Of a DNA stretch of 50,464 bases, positions 10,091 to 19,632 are shown in pieces (positions within the stretch are counted from its first letter, which is position 1; every line of letters begins with the position of its first letter). The translations under genes were made by a program, and so were the position numbers. Under the pieces are notes generated by a model, which saw nothing but the letters and a program-made list of their open reading frames with translations, was not told where the DNA came from and did no database searches. Source of the stretch: a virus. Lineage: Duplodnaviria > Caudoviricetes. The DNA lies in the IMG/VR virus record IMGVR_UViG_3300047552_002926, positions 1-50,464 of that record. One strand, written 5' to 3'.

Positions 10091-10567
10091 TTAACCAGCA
10101 AAGAGCGCGGGAGCATTTACAGGGTCAAAGCGGATTCGAACAGCACTTTGACGCATCGTTTCATCCGGCCCGAGTACGCAGCTCATTACCGTGGGGGTGA
10201 TGTTGATTCCGCTTAATTGGCTGATAAATTCATAGTCAGTAACCGTTGGTGTTGCGCGGCTGACAACACGAATGGTTGCAGTCAAAGACGCACCTACAGG
10301 TAGAGCCTCCACCAGCGCAGTCAATTCCCTGCCGATGTTGTCAATTTGTAACGTGGCGCGTGGTTGCTCTTTCTGCACTTGGCTTGGCAGCTTTAGGCTA
10401 AACGGCAACCCCACAAAAGTGTCAACACCAATCACCCAATCTCTGGTGTCGTTTACAACACGAACGGGACTTGAGAAGCTGGCATGGTCAATGAGAAGAA
10501 GCTCCAAGATGCCATATCCATCGGACGTGCTTTGTAGCGAGGCGATTGTTGTTTGACTGACTGTCAT
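10091..10567 (-). CDS. Minor tail protein (DUF1833-like)
   Basis: LELLLIDH..PVRVVNDT..PFSLKLP..ATLQIDNIG pattern. Confidence 0.75.
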   Translation of the reverse strand: MTVSQTTIASLQSTSDGYGILELLLIDHASFSSPVRVVNDTRDWVIGVDTFVGLPFSLKLPSQVQKEQPRATLQIDNIGRELTALVEALPVGASLTATIRVVSRATPTVTDYEFISQLSGINITPTVMSCVLGPDETMRQSAVRIRFDPVNAPALFAG

Positions 10568-10935
10568 TAGTAAGCGCTCCGCAGATACTCAAGATTCAGT
10601 GATCGCATTGACATGCCAGACCACACGCCAGTTGCAGGTTTTAGAGAGCCAAGTTCACCAGCAACAATACGCGCCTGAACAACTGCTGAAGTCCTTGGGT
10701 TTTTCCAACTGAACCAGTTAGCGCCACCGCCAATTTGGGAGTACACCCAAGTCTCAAAATCAATGGCGTTTTGCTTAGTCTCGAAAAACAGATCAACAGG
10801 TACCGTGACCATCGAATCGCTTGAAAGGCGGCGCTGTTTAGGCACTCCACGTTCCATCTCGCTTCTGACCACCACGGACTTAGGCGACTCGCTAGAGCCA
10901 ATCAAAATCTTCACGTATGTTGGAAAAGTTGCCAT
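10567..10935 (-). CDS. Distal tail / minor tail protein
   Basis: VVRSEMERGVPKQRR and GGANWFSW motifs; directly after the tape measure gene. Confidence 0.7.
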   Translation of the reverse strand: MATFPTYVKILIGSSESPKSVVVRSEMERGVPKQRRLSSDSMVTVPVDLFFETKQNAIDFETWVYSQIGGGANWFSWKNPRTSAVVQARIVAGELGSLKPATGVWSGMSMRSLNLEYLRSAY

Positions 10936-11003
10936 TTGTATCTTTGAAAAACAAAAAGCCCCGCCTGAATTAACAGCGCGGGGCTATGAGGGTGAAGTGA
11001 TGC

Positions 11004-13526
11004 TTAGGTGGTTTGCATCTTTGAGAACCTAGAGCCAATGGCGTGATACACATTGCCAGTGCCGCTTGCAACACCATCGGCAATGCTTCCGGCCACCATG
11101 TCGACAATCACCTGTAAGCCACCTTGCCCGTCACTTTGAGTGCTGACTTGGGCTTGGCTGTTGTTGATGATTTGGACGTTGATGCCGCCCGATGAGCTGG
11201 CTCCATTTGGAACGATTGAGCCTGAAACGCTAGGGTTGAATATCTCAGGGCCTTTCTCGCCAACAAGGTAGGAGCTGCCCGAGAACACAGATCCGCCACC
11301 AGCTCGAGCGCCTGCAACACCAGGCATATTTATATCGGATGGCGCAACCGCAGAGGGCGATGTAGGACTACTGCCGCCACCAAACGCCTGACTAAGAAAG
11401 CCACTCGCACCCGTTGCCGCCATTGCAATTTGCTGACGGATTTGAATTCGAAGAATGTCCTCAATGATTGCGTTAGCAAAGTCAGAAAAGTTGAGTTTTC
11501 CAGTTTTCACGAAGTTAACAAGGGAATCTTCCATCTTGCTGAAGGCATTGTTCATCGCGCCTTCAATCTGCGAGGCCATGTTTGTCGCATTCTCGGCATA
11601 CTTTCGAACAGCCTCCTTTGCACCATAAACACCATCGCGTTGCTTGTTGTAGCTTTCCTCGATCTGAGCAGATGATTTGGCTTGCTGAATTGCTGTGGCA
11701 GCGACCGCATCAGATATTTCTTTTTGCAAGTCAACTTCACTTATCCCTTTTTGACGAAGCTGATAGATTCGTTCATCAAGGTCTAGCTGTAGCTTTTTAG
11801 CAGCGGTTTGCTGTGCAATCTCTAGCGTCCCTTTGCCCAACATTTCGTTTTGAAATTGTGCAGCGCCGTTTGCCAAGTCCCATTGATGTTGCTGTTGCTT
11901 GGAAGCAAGAACAAAGTCATTGACCGTTTTAAGGCGATCAATCTCAATCAGGTTCAGTTGCTTGCTTGCTTCAGTCTGCGCCGCTAGTCGCTTAACGGCA
12001 ACCTCTGCAAGTTTGTTTTTAATGTCTTGACGTTCTGCCGCTGTGCCAGAATTTTTGGAAAACTCAACGATTGCAGCAGACTCTTTGTCGTAAGCTGCGA
12101 TCTTGTTTTCTACATCTTCATTGATTGCGTTCTTGAGACCTTCGTAATACTCATTCTGAGACATGAACTGCATTCCGTAGAACGTCTTGAGCATTTGCTC
12201 ACGATCTTTGTAGTTCTTGTCCTCATTGGCGATTACCAGCTCTTGCAGCTTGATAGCACCTTCGAGCATCTTTTTTGCTTCTTTGTCTGACTCGCTGCCA
12301 AAGCCGCCTGTATTTATTTTTGACTTTGGGGTTTTATCTTCATCTGGAGCAAAGCCAAACAATCTGAGGTTTCCCATATCCTCTTGATTTTTTGAAGCAG
12401 CAGTTTCTCGTATGACCCTGTTTGTTTCGAAGTTCTTTTTTAAGCTGTCGCTTACCTTTGCGCCGTTGTAGTCCCATAGCTCTGCGTATCGTGCATTAGA
12501 TTCTTCTACAACTCTATTTCTATCAGAAAGGGCTTGTTCTAGCGACTTAACTTGATCATCGCCTTTGAATGGATTTGCAATATTTGCAACATCACCCAAG
12601 AATGAAATATCAGCACCTACTGCCTGAAAACTCCCACCAACAGCACGGACAGTTTTGATTATTCCAATGAACGATTCAACAATCATGGTCGCAGCAATGG
12701 CTGCGTTTTCTGCCCAGCTCTGAATTGAACCGTCTTCAGCTAGACCATCAAGTGCTTTCTTTAGATCGCTACCCTCTTTCTGTGCATCGAGCATAGATTG
12801 TGAGAATGTATTTAAGACAGGAATTAACTCCAAGCCAACCGTCTTAAATAGTTCGTTATTCGTCAACTGAAGACGTTTTAATGTCTTGTCATACTGATCG
12901 GCCTCGAATGCTTGCTCTGTCGTAATCTTTGTCTGAAACTCTCCAACTTCAGCCAAGTCATTCATAACTGGAATCAGGTTGGCACCCGCCTTGCCGAATA
13001 GATTTTGCATTACAACAACCTTCTCGGCACCGTCTTGGTAGTTCTGCAACGACTTAGCTATCGCTAGAAACGCATCTTCTGGTTTTTGACTTTTCAATGA
13101 CTGGACGGAAAGCCCAATAGCCTCAAACGACCCACCCGTTTTCTTGCCGCCATTTTCAGCATCAATCATTGACTTGCTGAGTTTTTGCAAACCAGTGGCG
13201 AGGGTTTCGGTGTCTGTGCCAGATAACTTCGCAACAGATGCAAGGCCAGACAGCGCCTCGACTGTCACCCCCGTTCGCTCTGCCACCTGATAAAGATCAG
13301 CAGATGATTCAATGACACCTTCAATCTTTGATCTAACAGCCTCAAATGTTGCAAACGAAGCCATCGACAGGCCAAGCACGCCTAGCGAACTCTTGACTAG
13401 ACCGAGAGCAGCGTCAACCTCTTTCATGCGCTTTTCAGCGATATAAGCGGCCTTGTCCATTGACGATGTGAATTGCGCAATGTTCCCTTCTAGCGAGATA
13501 ACCAGATCACCTAATGCACCTGACAT
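11004..13526 (-). CDS. Tail tape measure protein
   Basis: Long helical, Ala-rich protein; lambda-type C-terminus (FVKTGKLNFSDFANAIIEDI, YLVGEKGPEIF). Confidence 0.92.
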   Translation of the reverse strand: MSGALGDLVISLEGNIAQFTSSMDKAAYIAEKRMKEVDAALGLVKSSLGVLGLSMASFATFEAVRSKIEGVIESSADLYQVAERTGVTVEALSGLASVAKLSGTDTETLATGLQKLSKSMIDAENGGKKTGGSFEAIGLSVQSLKSQKPEDAFLAIAKSLQNYQDGAEKVVVMQNLFGKAGANLIPVMNDLAEVGEFQTKITTEQAFEADQYDKTLKRLQLTNNELFKTVGLELIPVLNTFSQSMLDAQKEGSDLKKALDGLAEDGSIQSWAENAAIAATMIVESFIGIIKTVRAVGGSFQAVGADISFLGDVANIANPFKGDDQVKSLEQALSDRNRVVEESNARYAELWDYNGAKVSDSLKKNFETNRVIRETAASKNQEDMGNLRLFGFAPDEDKTPKSKINTGGFGSESDKEAKKMLEGAIKLQELVIANEDKNYKDREQMLKTFYGMQFMSQNEYYEGLKNAINEDVENKIAAYDKESAAIVEFSKNSGTAAERQDIKNKLAEVAVKRLAAQTEASKQLNLIEIDRLKTVNDFVLASKQQQHQWDLANGAAQFQNEMLGKGTLEIAQQTAAKKLQLDLDERIYQLRQKGISEVDLQKEISDAVAATAIQQAKSSAQIEESYNKQRDGVYGAKEAVRKYAENATNMASQIEGAMNNAFSKMEDSLVNFVKTGKLNFSDFANAIIEDILRIQIRQQIAMAATGASGFLSQAFGGGSSPTSPSAVAPSDINMPGVAGARAGGGSVFSGSSYLVGEKGPEIFNPSVSGSIVPNGASSSGGINVQIINNSQAQVSTQSDGQGGLQVIVDMVAGSIADGVASGTGNVYHAIGSRFSKMQTT

Positions 13527-13581
13527 TTTCATTTCCCCAATAAAAAACCCGCCGAAGCGGGTTTGTGTTGATCTGATTTAT

Positions 13582-14289
13582 TTATGCACCAATTGCTTTT
13601 GATGCCTTGTGTATGTCTTCTGAAATCTGCGAGTAGGCCTCTGCACCTATGTCGCAAAGCTCAGCCAATGTAAAGTGTTTGAGGCTAGCTCTCACCTTTT
13701 CGGCTTCACTTGGGGTTCTAGTTTTAATCCGAATTGCCTGTCGAAACAAAGCGCCATTTGCCGCACCAGCGATTGCAATCACGTCATTTAGGCAAATTTC
13801 TTGCATCTTGATAGCGTTAGCAATCTCAGAGCCAGTCATTACATAACAGTCATCTGTTAGCTCTTTGATCATCTGCTCACCGCTTGAATCAAGGCATACA
13901 CACCAGCGGCGCGGTTTCGGCGGTTGATATTTTTGCTCGACTGCGTAACTTCCAGTTTTGCGAATGGATGGCAAGACCTCCCCCGTCACCCACTTTGCAA
14001 ACTTTCTGGCCTCTGGCTTTCTACTGCGGAGCACTAGGGCGTACAGGCCGGACTCGTTGATGATGGTCAGTTTTTGCTTTCCACCAAGGGTGTCACTAAT
14101 CGTTACACCCCTTTCATCATCATCAAGATGGTCGGCGACTGCCTTTCGTGGATTTGCATAGCCAAGGGCTTCGCAAATATCCCCAGAGACGAACCAAGGG
14201 CTCCCATTTTTAAGAATCACGCGAATAGCGCTATCTCCAAAACGAAAGACGTTTTCAGAAAAGGTTGCATGGGTAGTAGTAGATGACAT
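13582..14289 (-). CDS. BRO-N domain antirepressor
   Basis: PWFVSGDICEALGY..INESGLYALVLRSRKPEARKFAKWVTGEVLPSIRKTGSY; GGAG RBS before the ATG at 14289. Confidence 0.9.
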   Translation of the reverse strand: MSSTTTHATFSENVFRFGDSAIRVILKNGSPWFVSGDICEALGYANPRKAVADHLDDDERGVTISDTLGGKQKLTIINESGLYALVLRSRKPEARKFAKWVTGEVLPSIRKTGSYAVEQKYQPPKPRRWCVCLDSSGEQMIKELTDDCYVMTGSEIANAIKMQEICLNDVIAIAGAANGALFRQAIRIKTRTPSEAEKVRASLKHFTLAELCDIGAEAYSQISEDIHKASKAIGA

Positions 14290-14334
14290 TTTGCGCTCCA
14301 TTGCGGTGTTGAACCGCCACCCACTTCCAAATGG

Positions 14335-14409
14335 GGTGGCAGACCGAAACGAGGTTGGAAGACCGATGGAGCACCGGCGAACCTTGCGGCTCCCCCATTT
14401 CGGCCCACC
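14335..14409 (-). ncRNA. c4-type antisense RNA controlling the antirepressor
   Basis: Ends pair (GGTGGC..CCGAAA / TTTCGG..CCACC). The internal TTGGAAG (14355-61) and TGGAGC (14367-72) are complementary to GCTCCA/CTTCCAA pairs at 14295-14330 (covering the RBS) and at 14473-14491. Confidence 0.75.
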
Positions 14410-14554
14410 GTAAACTGGACGCGCCAAGATGTGAAAAAAGCCGCAAAACTAGCAAGTTAGCGGCCTTACACCGCTCCAAACGAGCTTCCAAACTCGATCA
14501 CCCGAAAAGGTGACAAATGGACTTTAGCACAAATGCCGCAAGCTGCAAGTCAAT

Positions 14555-15025
14555 TCATGTGAACTCGAAGTGCTGCCTTAAAGAATGTTTCGCTGGATAG
14601 CAATACGACTCGTCAAGTCCCTGCTCTTTCACAACATCGTTGTAAGCGAGCTCTTTGATGGCAATAGAAATCTTCGTCTCATCTTCGGAAACCAGCTTCA
14701 AGTAGCAGGTGGAGAGCTCATCATCTGAAAGATGTTGACTATTGGCATATAGACCCGCATACCCCCTGCGCTGCGCGAGAGATTCATACATCTTTTCATT
14801 TGGACTGAGGGTGTATTCAAGGGCTTGAAATAATGCAAATATCAACCCCAAGGCTGTTGCAGTATCGGGGTGACTACCAACAACGGACATGATTGATGCC
14901 GAGCCGCTGAGAATCGACATGAATTTAAGAAATGAAGCAGCCCTCCCCCAAAGAGCTGATCTACGATCATGCAATCGTATTGCGTACCGTATTGAAAATA
15001 AGGTTGTATGGCGATCTGTATTCAT
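14555..15025 (-). CDS. Two-TM membrane protein (SLATT-like moron)
   Basis: Two adjacent hydrophobic helices followed by a helical tail; inserted in the tail operon. Confidence 0.55.
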   Translation of the reverse strand: MNTDRHTTLFSIRYAIRLHDRRSALWGRAASFLKFMSILSGSASIMSVVGSHPDTATALGLIFALFQALEYTLSPNEKMYESLAQRRGYAGLYANSQHLSDDELSTCYLKLVSEDETKISIAIKELAYNDVVKEQGLDESYCYPAKHSLRQHFEFT

Positions 15026-15102
15026 GGTCTTGGTGGTGGTGGCGCTTTGGCGGCACACTTCCTTTTACTAGCGTTTGTAATTTCATTCACGGCAATCTGT
15101 AG

Positions 15103-15780
15103 TTAAAAATCTAAGTCGCTCACGTCAAAAACCCATGATTTATTGCCATCTTGATAAAGCGGCAGCTCAATCCTCATGGTCCTTGATTTTTTGATTTCTT
15201 TGACTATTTGTTCATATCCATGAATGAACAAAGTAGTAGAACTACCATCCGATGGTTTTCCTGCACTAAACCGAATTGGCGGCCTATCGTCAAACCTAAT
15301 CAACACAGAGCATCCGTCGTAACTTGGACACAGGATTTGGCCTTCATCAATAGATATGAGCACACTTTTCCCATGTCTTGGATGCTTTCTGAGTGTCAAC
15401 TCCCCAGAAATACCAGCTCCGTAAGGCCAATGAAGATTATTCTTATTAAGGCTTTGACTGTCCGCAAAAACGATTTCTTTTCCACTCATATCGTCATCAC
15501 GCGTATAGACATTCCACGCCTTTGGCGGTGTGTACTCTCTATTTGGGTCAAGAACAACGACGCCTTGATGCTGATTTGACTGGTTTGTAGGCGAAGACTT
15601 TGAGCCGCCGGAAGAGCTAATGACCAACACCACCCCAATCAAAATTAGAAAAATCTCAAATCTTGACCTATTCCCAAGCCAGATCAAGACCTTACTAACG
15701 ACCTCAAGAATGAAGACATAAACCTGAAACAAAATCCTTGGGATTTTTTTTAATGCGGAAGCTATCACTTGTTGGCTCAC
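15103..15780 (-). CDS. Membrane-anchored periplasmic protein (moron)
   Basis: N-terminal TM segments, Ser/Gln linker, globular domain with a CxxxxxC pair. Confidence 0.6.
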   Translation of the reverse strand: MSQQVIASALKKIPRILFQVYVFILEVVSKVLIWLGNRSRFEIFLILIGVVLVISSSGGSKSSPTNQSNQHQGVVVLDPNREYTPPKAWNVYTRDDDMSGKEIVFADSQSLNKNNLHWPYGAGISGELTLRKHPRHGKSVLISIDEGQILCPSYDGCSVLIRFDDRPPIRFSAGKPSDGSSTTLFIHGYEQIVKEIKKSRTMRIELPLYQDGNKSWVFDVSDLDF

Positions 15781-16145
15781 TTAAAAAACGTTAATCCTTT
15801 GAATATGGACTGTTTTATCAATTCAGACTGCAATTCGGGCGTTGTTTGTGGAACAAATGTCTGCTTGTTTTCAGGCCAGTGTGACGGGTGCCAATATATG
15901 AAGTCCTCTGCCCTGTATGGGTCGGGCTTCTTTTTTGCGTCCCTGTTGACGTTGGCAAGCACAGAGGAAAGAATCCCATGCCGCTGATCTGCCGCAGCCT
16001 CACCAAAAGGCTCAACCTCCTCAAAGGCCATCCACTCCGTCAGCTCTGCGCTGTCAATTTCGCTCAGTAACTGACGGACTGTCTTTCCAAGAGCGAGTGC
16101 TAGTCGGAAGTAGAAGCGCCGCTCTGGGCGCTCTCGGAGTTTTTT
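15777..16145 (-). CDS. Tail assembly chaperone gpT-like part (-1 frameshift product)
   Basis: -1 frame open from the slippery site: KKLRERPERRFYFRLALALGKTVRQLL..ELTEWMAFEEVEPFG. Confidence 0.8.
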   Translation of the reverse strand, partial: KKLRERPERRFYFRLALALGKTVRQLLSEIDSAELTEWMAFEEVEPFGEAAADQRHGILSSVLANVNRDAKKKPDPYRAEDFIYWHPSHWPENKQTFVPQTTPELQSELIKQSIFKGLTFFK

Positions 16146-16495
16146 GCTGCTTGGGCCTTGCTATCAGAGGTCATTCCATTAATGCGTTGGGCGGCATCGA
16201 ATACTCGCTCAATCGCAGCGGACGATTTGAGGCCTAACCGCTCGATGTCGTCAATGCCAAACATTCGATTGCCAGCATCGTCAACCACTGTGAGTGCAAC
16301 TAGCTTCAGTCGAAGGTTTGAGACATTTGCCTTGCGTGAGCCATCTGGTTGAATGTCAACCATGCTTTCTTCGAAAGACGCACGATCTGCGCCTGTCATT
16401 GTGCGAACAAGAACAGAGCCGCCCCACTCCGGAACATCGACCTCGATATTTTTAAGATCGGAGCATTCCAAGATTTGATCTTTAGTAAGTGCCAT
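16100..16495 (-). CDS. Tail assembly chaperone gpG-like
   Basis: EVDVPEWGGSVLVRTMTG motif; lies between the tail tube and tape measure genes. Confidence 0.85.
   Translation of the reverse strand: MALTKDQILECSDLKNIEVDVPEWGGSVLVRTMTGADRASFEESMVDIQPDGSRKANVSNLRLKLVALTVVDDAGNRMFGIDDIERLGLKSSAAIERVFDAAQRINGMTSDSKAQAAKNSESAQSGASTSD
16139..16145 (-). other. Programmed -1 frameshift slippery heptamer A AAA AAC
   Basis: GCA AAA AAC near the end of gpG; the -1 frame joins the downstream ORF. Confidence 0.8.
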
Positions 16496-16510
16496 TGTTT
16501 TCTCCTTAGA

Positions 16511-17149
16511 TTACAGACCGGACACAGCGCCGCTGATGCGAATATCAACAGATGTTTTAGCCACGGCATCAACACCGCCAGCCAAGCTGAACTTCTTAAC
16601 GAAGCCAGTGAAGGTAACAACTTGAGCATTTGGTAATGTCAGTTTGAAACTAGACAAAATGCCAGAGACTTGTTTTTCACGTAGTGCGATATGGCCTGAA
16701 TTCGCGCTGTCGTAATCAATGTTGATCGTGAATTGACCTGGGTCGACCAAGCCCAAGCGGAACTCTTTAGCTGTACTGTCAAGGTTCGTCACATCAATTT
16801 CGGATGCTGCACCATCGAAGCCTGAGAAGTCCTTCATATTGCCGATTGGCGCGAAAGTAACGGGCGTTGCATTGCCAGCAGCCACAATTGTTTTTCCAAT
16901 GGTGTCGATGTTCACCGCGAACGTGTTGGTTGTCACGTTACGCACTGTCAGTCGTTGGCCGTTCAACAGCGCGGCATCTGCGCCAGTGAGTCCGGCAATT
17001 GAGAGTACATCGCCGGCATTGAAGCCGTGTGCTGCTGCCGTGATGATTGTGGGGTTGCCAAGTTGAATGGCGGTGATATTTTTGGCAGCGCCTGAACCTG
17101 TACCGATGGAGAGAACTGAGCCTTGTGCGCTGATTGCAGAAGATGACAT
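16511..17149 (-). CDS. Major tail tube protein
   Basis: SAISAQGS start, EIDVTNLDSTAKEFRLGLVDPG and FTGFVKKF motifs. Confidence 0.88.
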   Translation of the reverse strand: MSSSAISAQGSVLSIGTGSGAAKNITAIQLGNPTIITAAAHGFNAGDVLSIAGLTGADAALLNGQRLTVRNVTTNTFAVNIDTIGKTIVAAGNATPVTFAPIGNMKDFSGFDGAASEIDVTNLDSTAKEFRLGLVDPGQFTINIDYDSANSGHIALREKQVSGILSSFKLTLPNAQVVTFTGFVKKFSLAGGVDAVAKTSVDIRISGAVSGL

Positions 17150-17235
17150 GATTAGCTTTCTGAAATAAAAAAACCCGCACAAGGCGGGGTTTGGTTGGGG
17201 AAGTAAAAAAGCCGCTGTTTAGGCGGCTTGTGTTG

Positions 17236-17586
17236 TTAGTAGTACCAGATTGAGTAATCCATTGACATTCGATAAATCTTCACATCCGATTCGTAGAGGT
17301 CGCGTGAGCTGATCTGTACGTTTTGCACAGACCAGCCTTTCATCGCTGTAGCGACATGATCATTCAATGCCTGAGCTTGTGCGTAGGTTTTCGCCCACAC
17401 ATCGATCTGCATCCGACAGTTACTAATCGGCGTTGACCCATTCCCATCCATCACGTTTTCGTTCCTTGAGGAAATGCGTTGGTACGTGATATGCGGATAA
17501 GGCGCGTCTTGCGTTGCGACTATGGGGAATACGGAAGCCGTTGTCGCTGTTGCGATCAGCGCTTGTAGTTGTTCTTGAATGGTCAT
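17236..17586 (-). CDS. Tail terminator (DUF3168-like)
   Basis: PYPHITYQRIS and RMQIDVWAKTYAQA motifs. Confidence 0.8.
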   Translation of the reverse strand: MTIQEQLQALIATATTASVFPIVATQDAPYPHITYQRISSRNENVMDGNGSTPISNCRMQIDVWAKTYAQAQALNDHVATAMKGWSVQNVQISSRDLYESDVKIYRMSMDYSIWYY

Positions 17587-18050
17587 TTTTTGCGCCTAAG
17601 TTTTTCAGCTTCAACCGGTATTCGTCTTGCAAGATATTGCTTGATTGCCTCTGCTGCCTCGTATTTCTTGGACTCAAAAGCGGGTCGAAGAAACGGCCTC
17701 GCTGCCATCTTCTTTGTGCCAAATTCAACAAACCGCCAGTAGTAAGCATCTAGCCCTTTTTTTTGCTGACTTTTGCCACTTCTGACGCTGACATAAAACA
17801 CCTGCTTGAACCAAGAAGATGCTTCACGAATTTGCTTTTGATAGACGGCCCGTCTAAGCGCACCAGCAGGTGCATGTCCTGCCTGTGGCTTACCCTCATA
17901 AATGGGGGCGTTGTCTCTAACCTCATTCCGAATGAGTGAAGCACCGGCATTCACAGCCCCCCTCAACACATTGCGACCAATGTTCCGAGGCAGTTGCCGC
18001 ATCGCTGCTTGAAGCTCTTTCAAGCCTTCGATGCTTTTAAGTTCAGCCAT
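17583..18050 (-). CDS. HK97 gp10-like neck/tail component
   Basis: AYYWRFVEFGTKKMAARPFLRPAF motif. Confidence 0.88.
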   Translation of the reverse strand: MAELKSIEGLKELQAAMRQLPRNIGRNVLRGAVNAGASLIRNEVRDNAPIYEGKPQAGHAPAGALRRAVYQKQIREASSWFKQVFYVSVRSGKSQQKKGLDAYYWRFVEFGTKKMAARPFLRPAFESKKYEAAEAIKQYLARRIPVEAEKLRRKK

Positions 18051-18393
18051 CGGTCAGACCCTCGGTTGCAATTAGTGTGATTTCACGATTCCGTTCGTCT
18101 TTGTTTACGCTTGAAGTGATGTTGAACACCCGAGTGCCAAAGAGTAGCCTGTAAGTTGCCACAGTTTTAGGGGCTCCAAACTCAGGCCGATAACGGCAAA
18201 TGATTTGATGCGTGATTTCAGACTGAACCTGTTGAGCAATCAACGACTCACGCCCTGACAGCGGACTAATCTGGCACCAGATAGTTGCTAGCGTAGTCCA
18301 TGTTTGAACTGCCTGACCGAATGAATCTTGAGTGTCGACCTGCTGCTGTAGCTTTGCCCTGTGGCGAAGATCACCAGCCCTCACTTGGGCCAC
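18043..18393 (-). CDS. Head closure (head-tail adaptor) protein
   Basis: AGDLRHR..D.FGQ..W..ATIW..I.PLSGRE pattern. Confidence 0.85.
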   Translation of the reverse strand: MAQVRAGDLRHRAKLQQQVDTQDSFGQAVQTWTTLATIWCQISPLSGRESLIAQQVQSEITHQIICRYRPEFGAPKTVATYRLLFGTRVFNITSSVNKDERNREITLIATEGLTDG

Positions 18394-18851
18394 CCATGCT
18401 GATAAGTCAGCGAGTCGGCGGCATGGCCATCGGCCTCGATTGCAATGCGCTCAACTCCTTCTGCAAATTTATCAACAGCGATTCCAATTGCGTCGAGTAA
18501 CTTTCGCTCGGCTGCTTGGTCGTCGGTGTAGGTGGCGGCGGGGAGTTGAAGGCCGGAACCAATGGAACCGAAGGTGAGGCGCACCCGATTTCGCTCAGTG
18601 TCAGCGCGAACAGAATCGGCATGATTAGATTGCGTTTTATCGGTGCGAACATTGATTGCCTTTATGAGTTGCTCGGATTGTTTTGTTTGGGTTGCCAGCG
18701 CTGCGACTGCCACAGCCTCGTTTTCGGCTTTGGCCTCAATGTCACGCTGGTGGTAGCCATCGGACTTGCCAACCTCATAGAGGCTGATGCCGAGGCCAGC
18801 TAGAGTGATGGCGCAGACCAGTGCCGCAATGATTCGTGTTTGAACTGTCAT
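18381..18851 (-). CDS. Putative i-spanin (Rz-like)
   Basis: N-terminal TM helix plus coiled coil; follows the endolysin with an ATGA overlap. Confidence 0.65.
   Translation of the reverse strand: MTVQTRIIAALVCAITLAGLGISLYEVGKSDGYHQRDIEAKAENEAVAVAALATQTKQSEQLIKAINVRTDKTQSNHADSVRADTERNRVRLTFGSIGSGLQLPAATYTDDQAAERKLLDAIGIAVDKFAEGVERIAIEADGHAADSLTYQHGWPK
18407..18622 (-). CDS. Putative embedded o-spanin (Rz1-like lipoprotein)
   Basis: Out-of-frame ORF inside Rz: hydrophobic leader, IGC lipobox-like motif, Pro-rich segment. Confidence 0.55.
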   Translation of the reverse strand: MPILFALTLSEIGCASPSVPLVPAFNSPPPPTPTTKQPSESYSTQLESLLINLQKELSALQSRPMAMPPTR

Positions 18852-19327
18852 GCGACCTCCTGAATACCTAGCGCTGTGCCAGCGGGTGAAATAGTGATGA
18901 CACGATTTACGATCTTTTGAGTGGGTCGGCGTGATGCATGAACCCATCGAGCGCCCTGCTTGTTGCCTTCGTAGATCAATTGGCCAATGCCCAGCTCATT
19001 GACCATCGGGGCCAAGAACTTTGCAATTTGGTACGGAGTGCCAAAGGCTGGAGCCTCAAAGTCACAGGCGCACATCATGGGGTGGTCGCCGTTTGGCTTG
19101 CTGCCCACAGCCGCATTGAGTTCTGAGCATCGGTAACCACTGGAGGTATCAATCGGCACATCCTTGCCAGCCTTCTCGCTGAGTGCAGAGCGAATGCCCT
19201 CCATGAACTTCGCTTGCTCAAATGCTGCGTCAAGCAAGTGCTCGGGTAGCGAGTTGTCAATGTGAAGCTCGTCAGCCGTAGGGCTGTGGGTGAATTCTTC
19301 AAGCGTGAAGTGTTGTGAAAGTTTCAT
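18848..19327 (-). CDS. Endolysin, peptidase M15A family
   Basis: LSQHFTLEEF, SSGYRC.ELNAAVG, H....ACD and WVH zinc-peptidase motifs. Confidence 0.88.
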   Translation of the reverse strand: MKLSQHFTLEEFTHSPTADELHIDNSLPEHLLDAAFEQAKFMEGIRSALSEKAGKDVPIDTSSGYRCSELNAAVGSKPNGDHPMMCACDFEAPAFGTPYQIAKFLAPMVNELGIGQLIYEGNKQGARWVHASRRPTQKIVNRVITISPAGTALGIQEVA

Positions 19328-19632
19328 GACGTTGATTTCCCGTTATTCACAAACTCGCAAATCTTGAAGCCGTGATGCCACAGCCAGAAAATCAGCACGA
19401 ACATTGCAGTGCATAGGCAAAGCGAACAAATGAACACCACCTCAACATCGTTTAGCAGTGCAAACATTGCCATCACGCCACCGCTTGATGACCCAAAGCC
19501 TAGAATCCAAACCAGACAATGTGCCTTTTTGCCAATCAGGTAATTAGCCATGCAAGCAAAGTGAATCAGTGCAGCAATACCGACCAGCGCCGCAAACGCG
19601 CGGTATTCTGTGGTCAAAGCAATTGAGTCCAT
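19324..19632 (-). CDS. Putative holin/antiholin (3 TM)
   Basis: Three hydrophobic helices; directly upstream of the endolysin. Confidence 0.55.
   Translation of the reverse strand: MDSIALTTEYRAFAALVGIAALIHFACMANYLIGKKAHCLVWILGFGSSSGGVMAMFALLNDVEVVFICSLCLCTAMFVLIFWLWHHGFKICEFVNNGKSTS

Noticed and set aside
14290-14427. N-terminal extension of the BRO protein
   Set aside because: It overlaps the c4 RNA structure; the RBS supports the ATG at 14289
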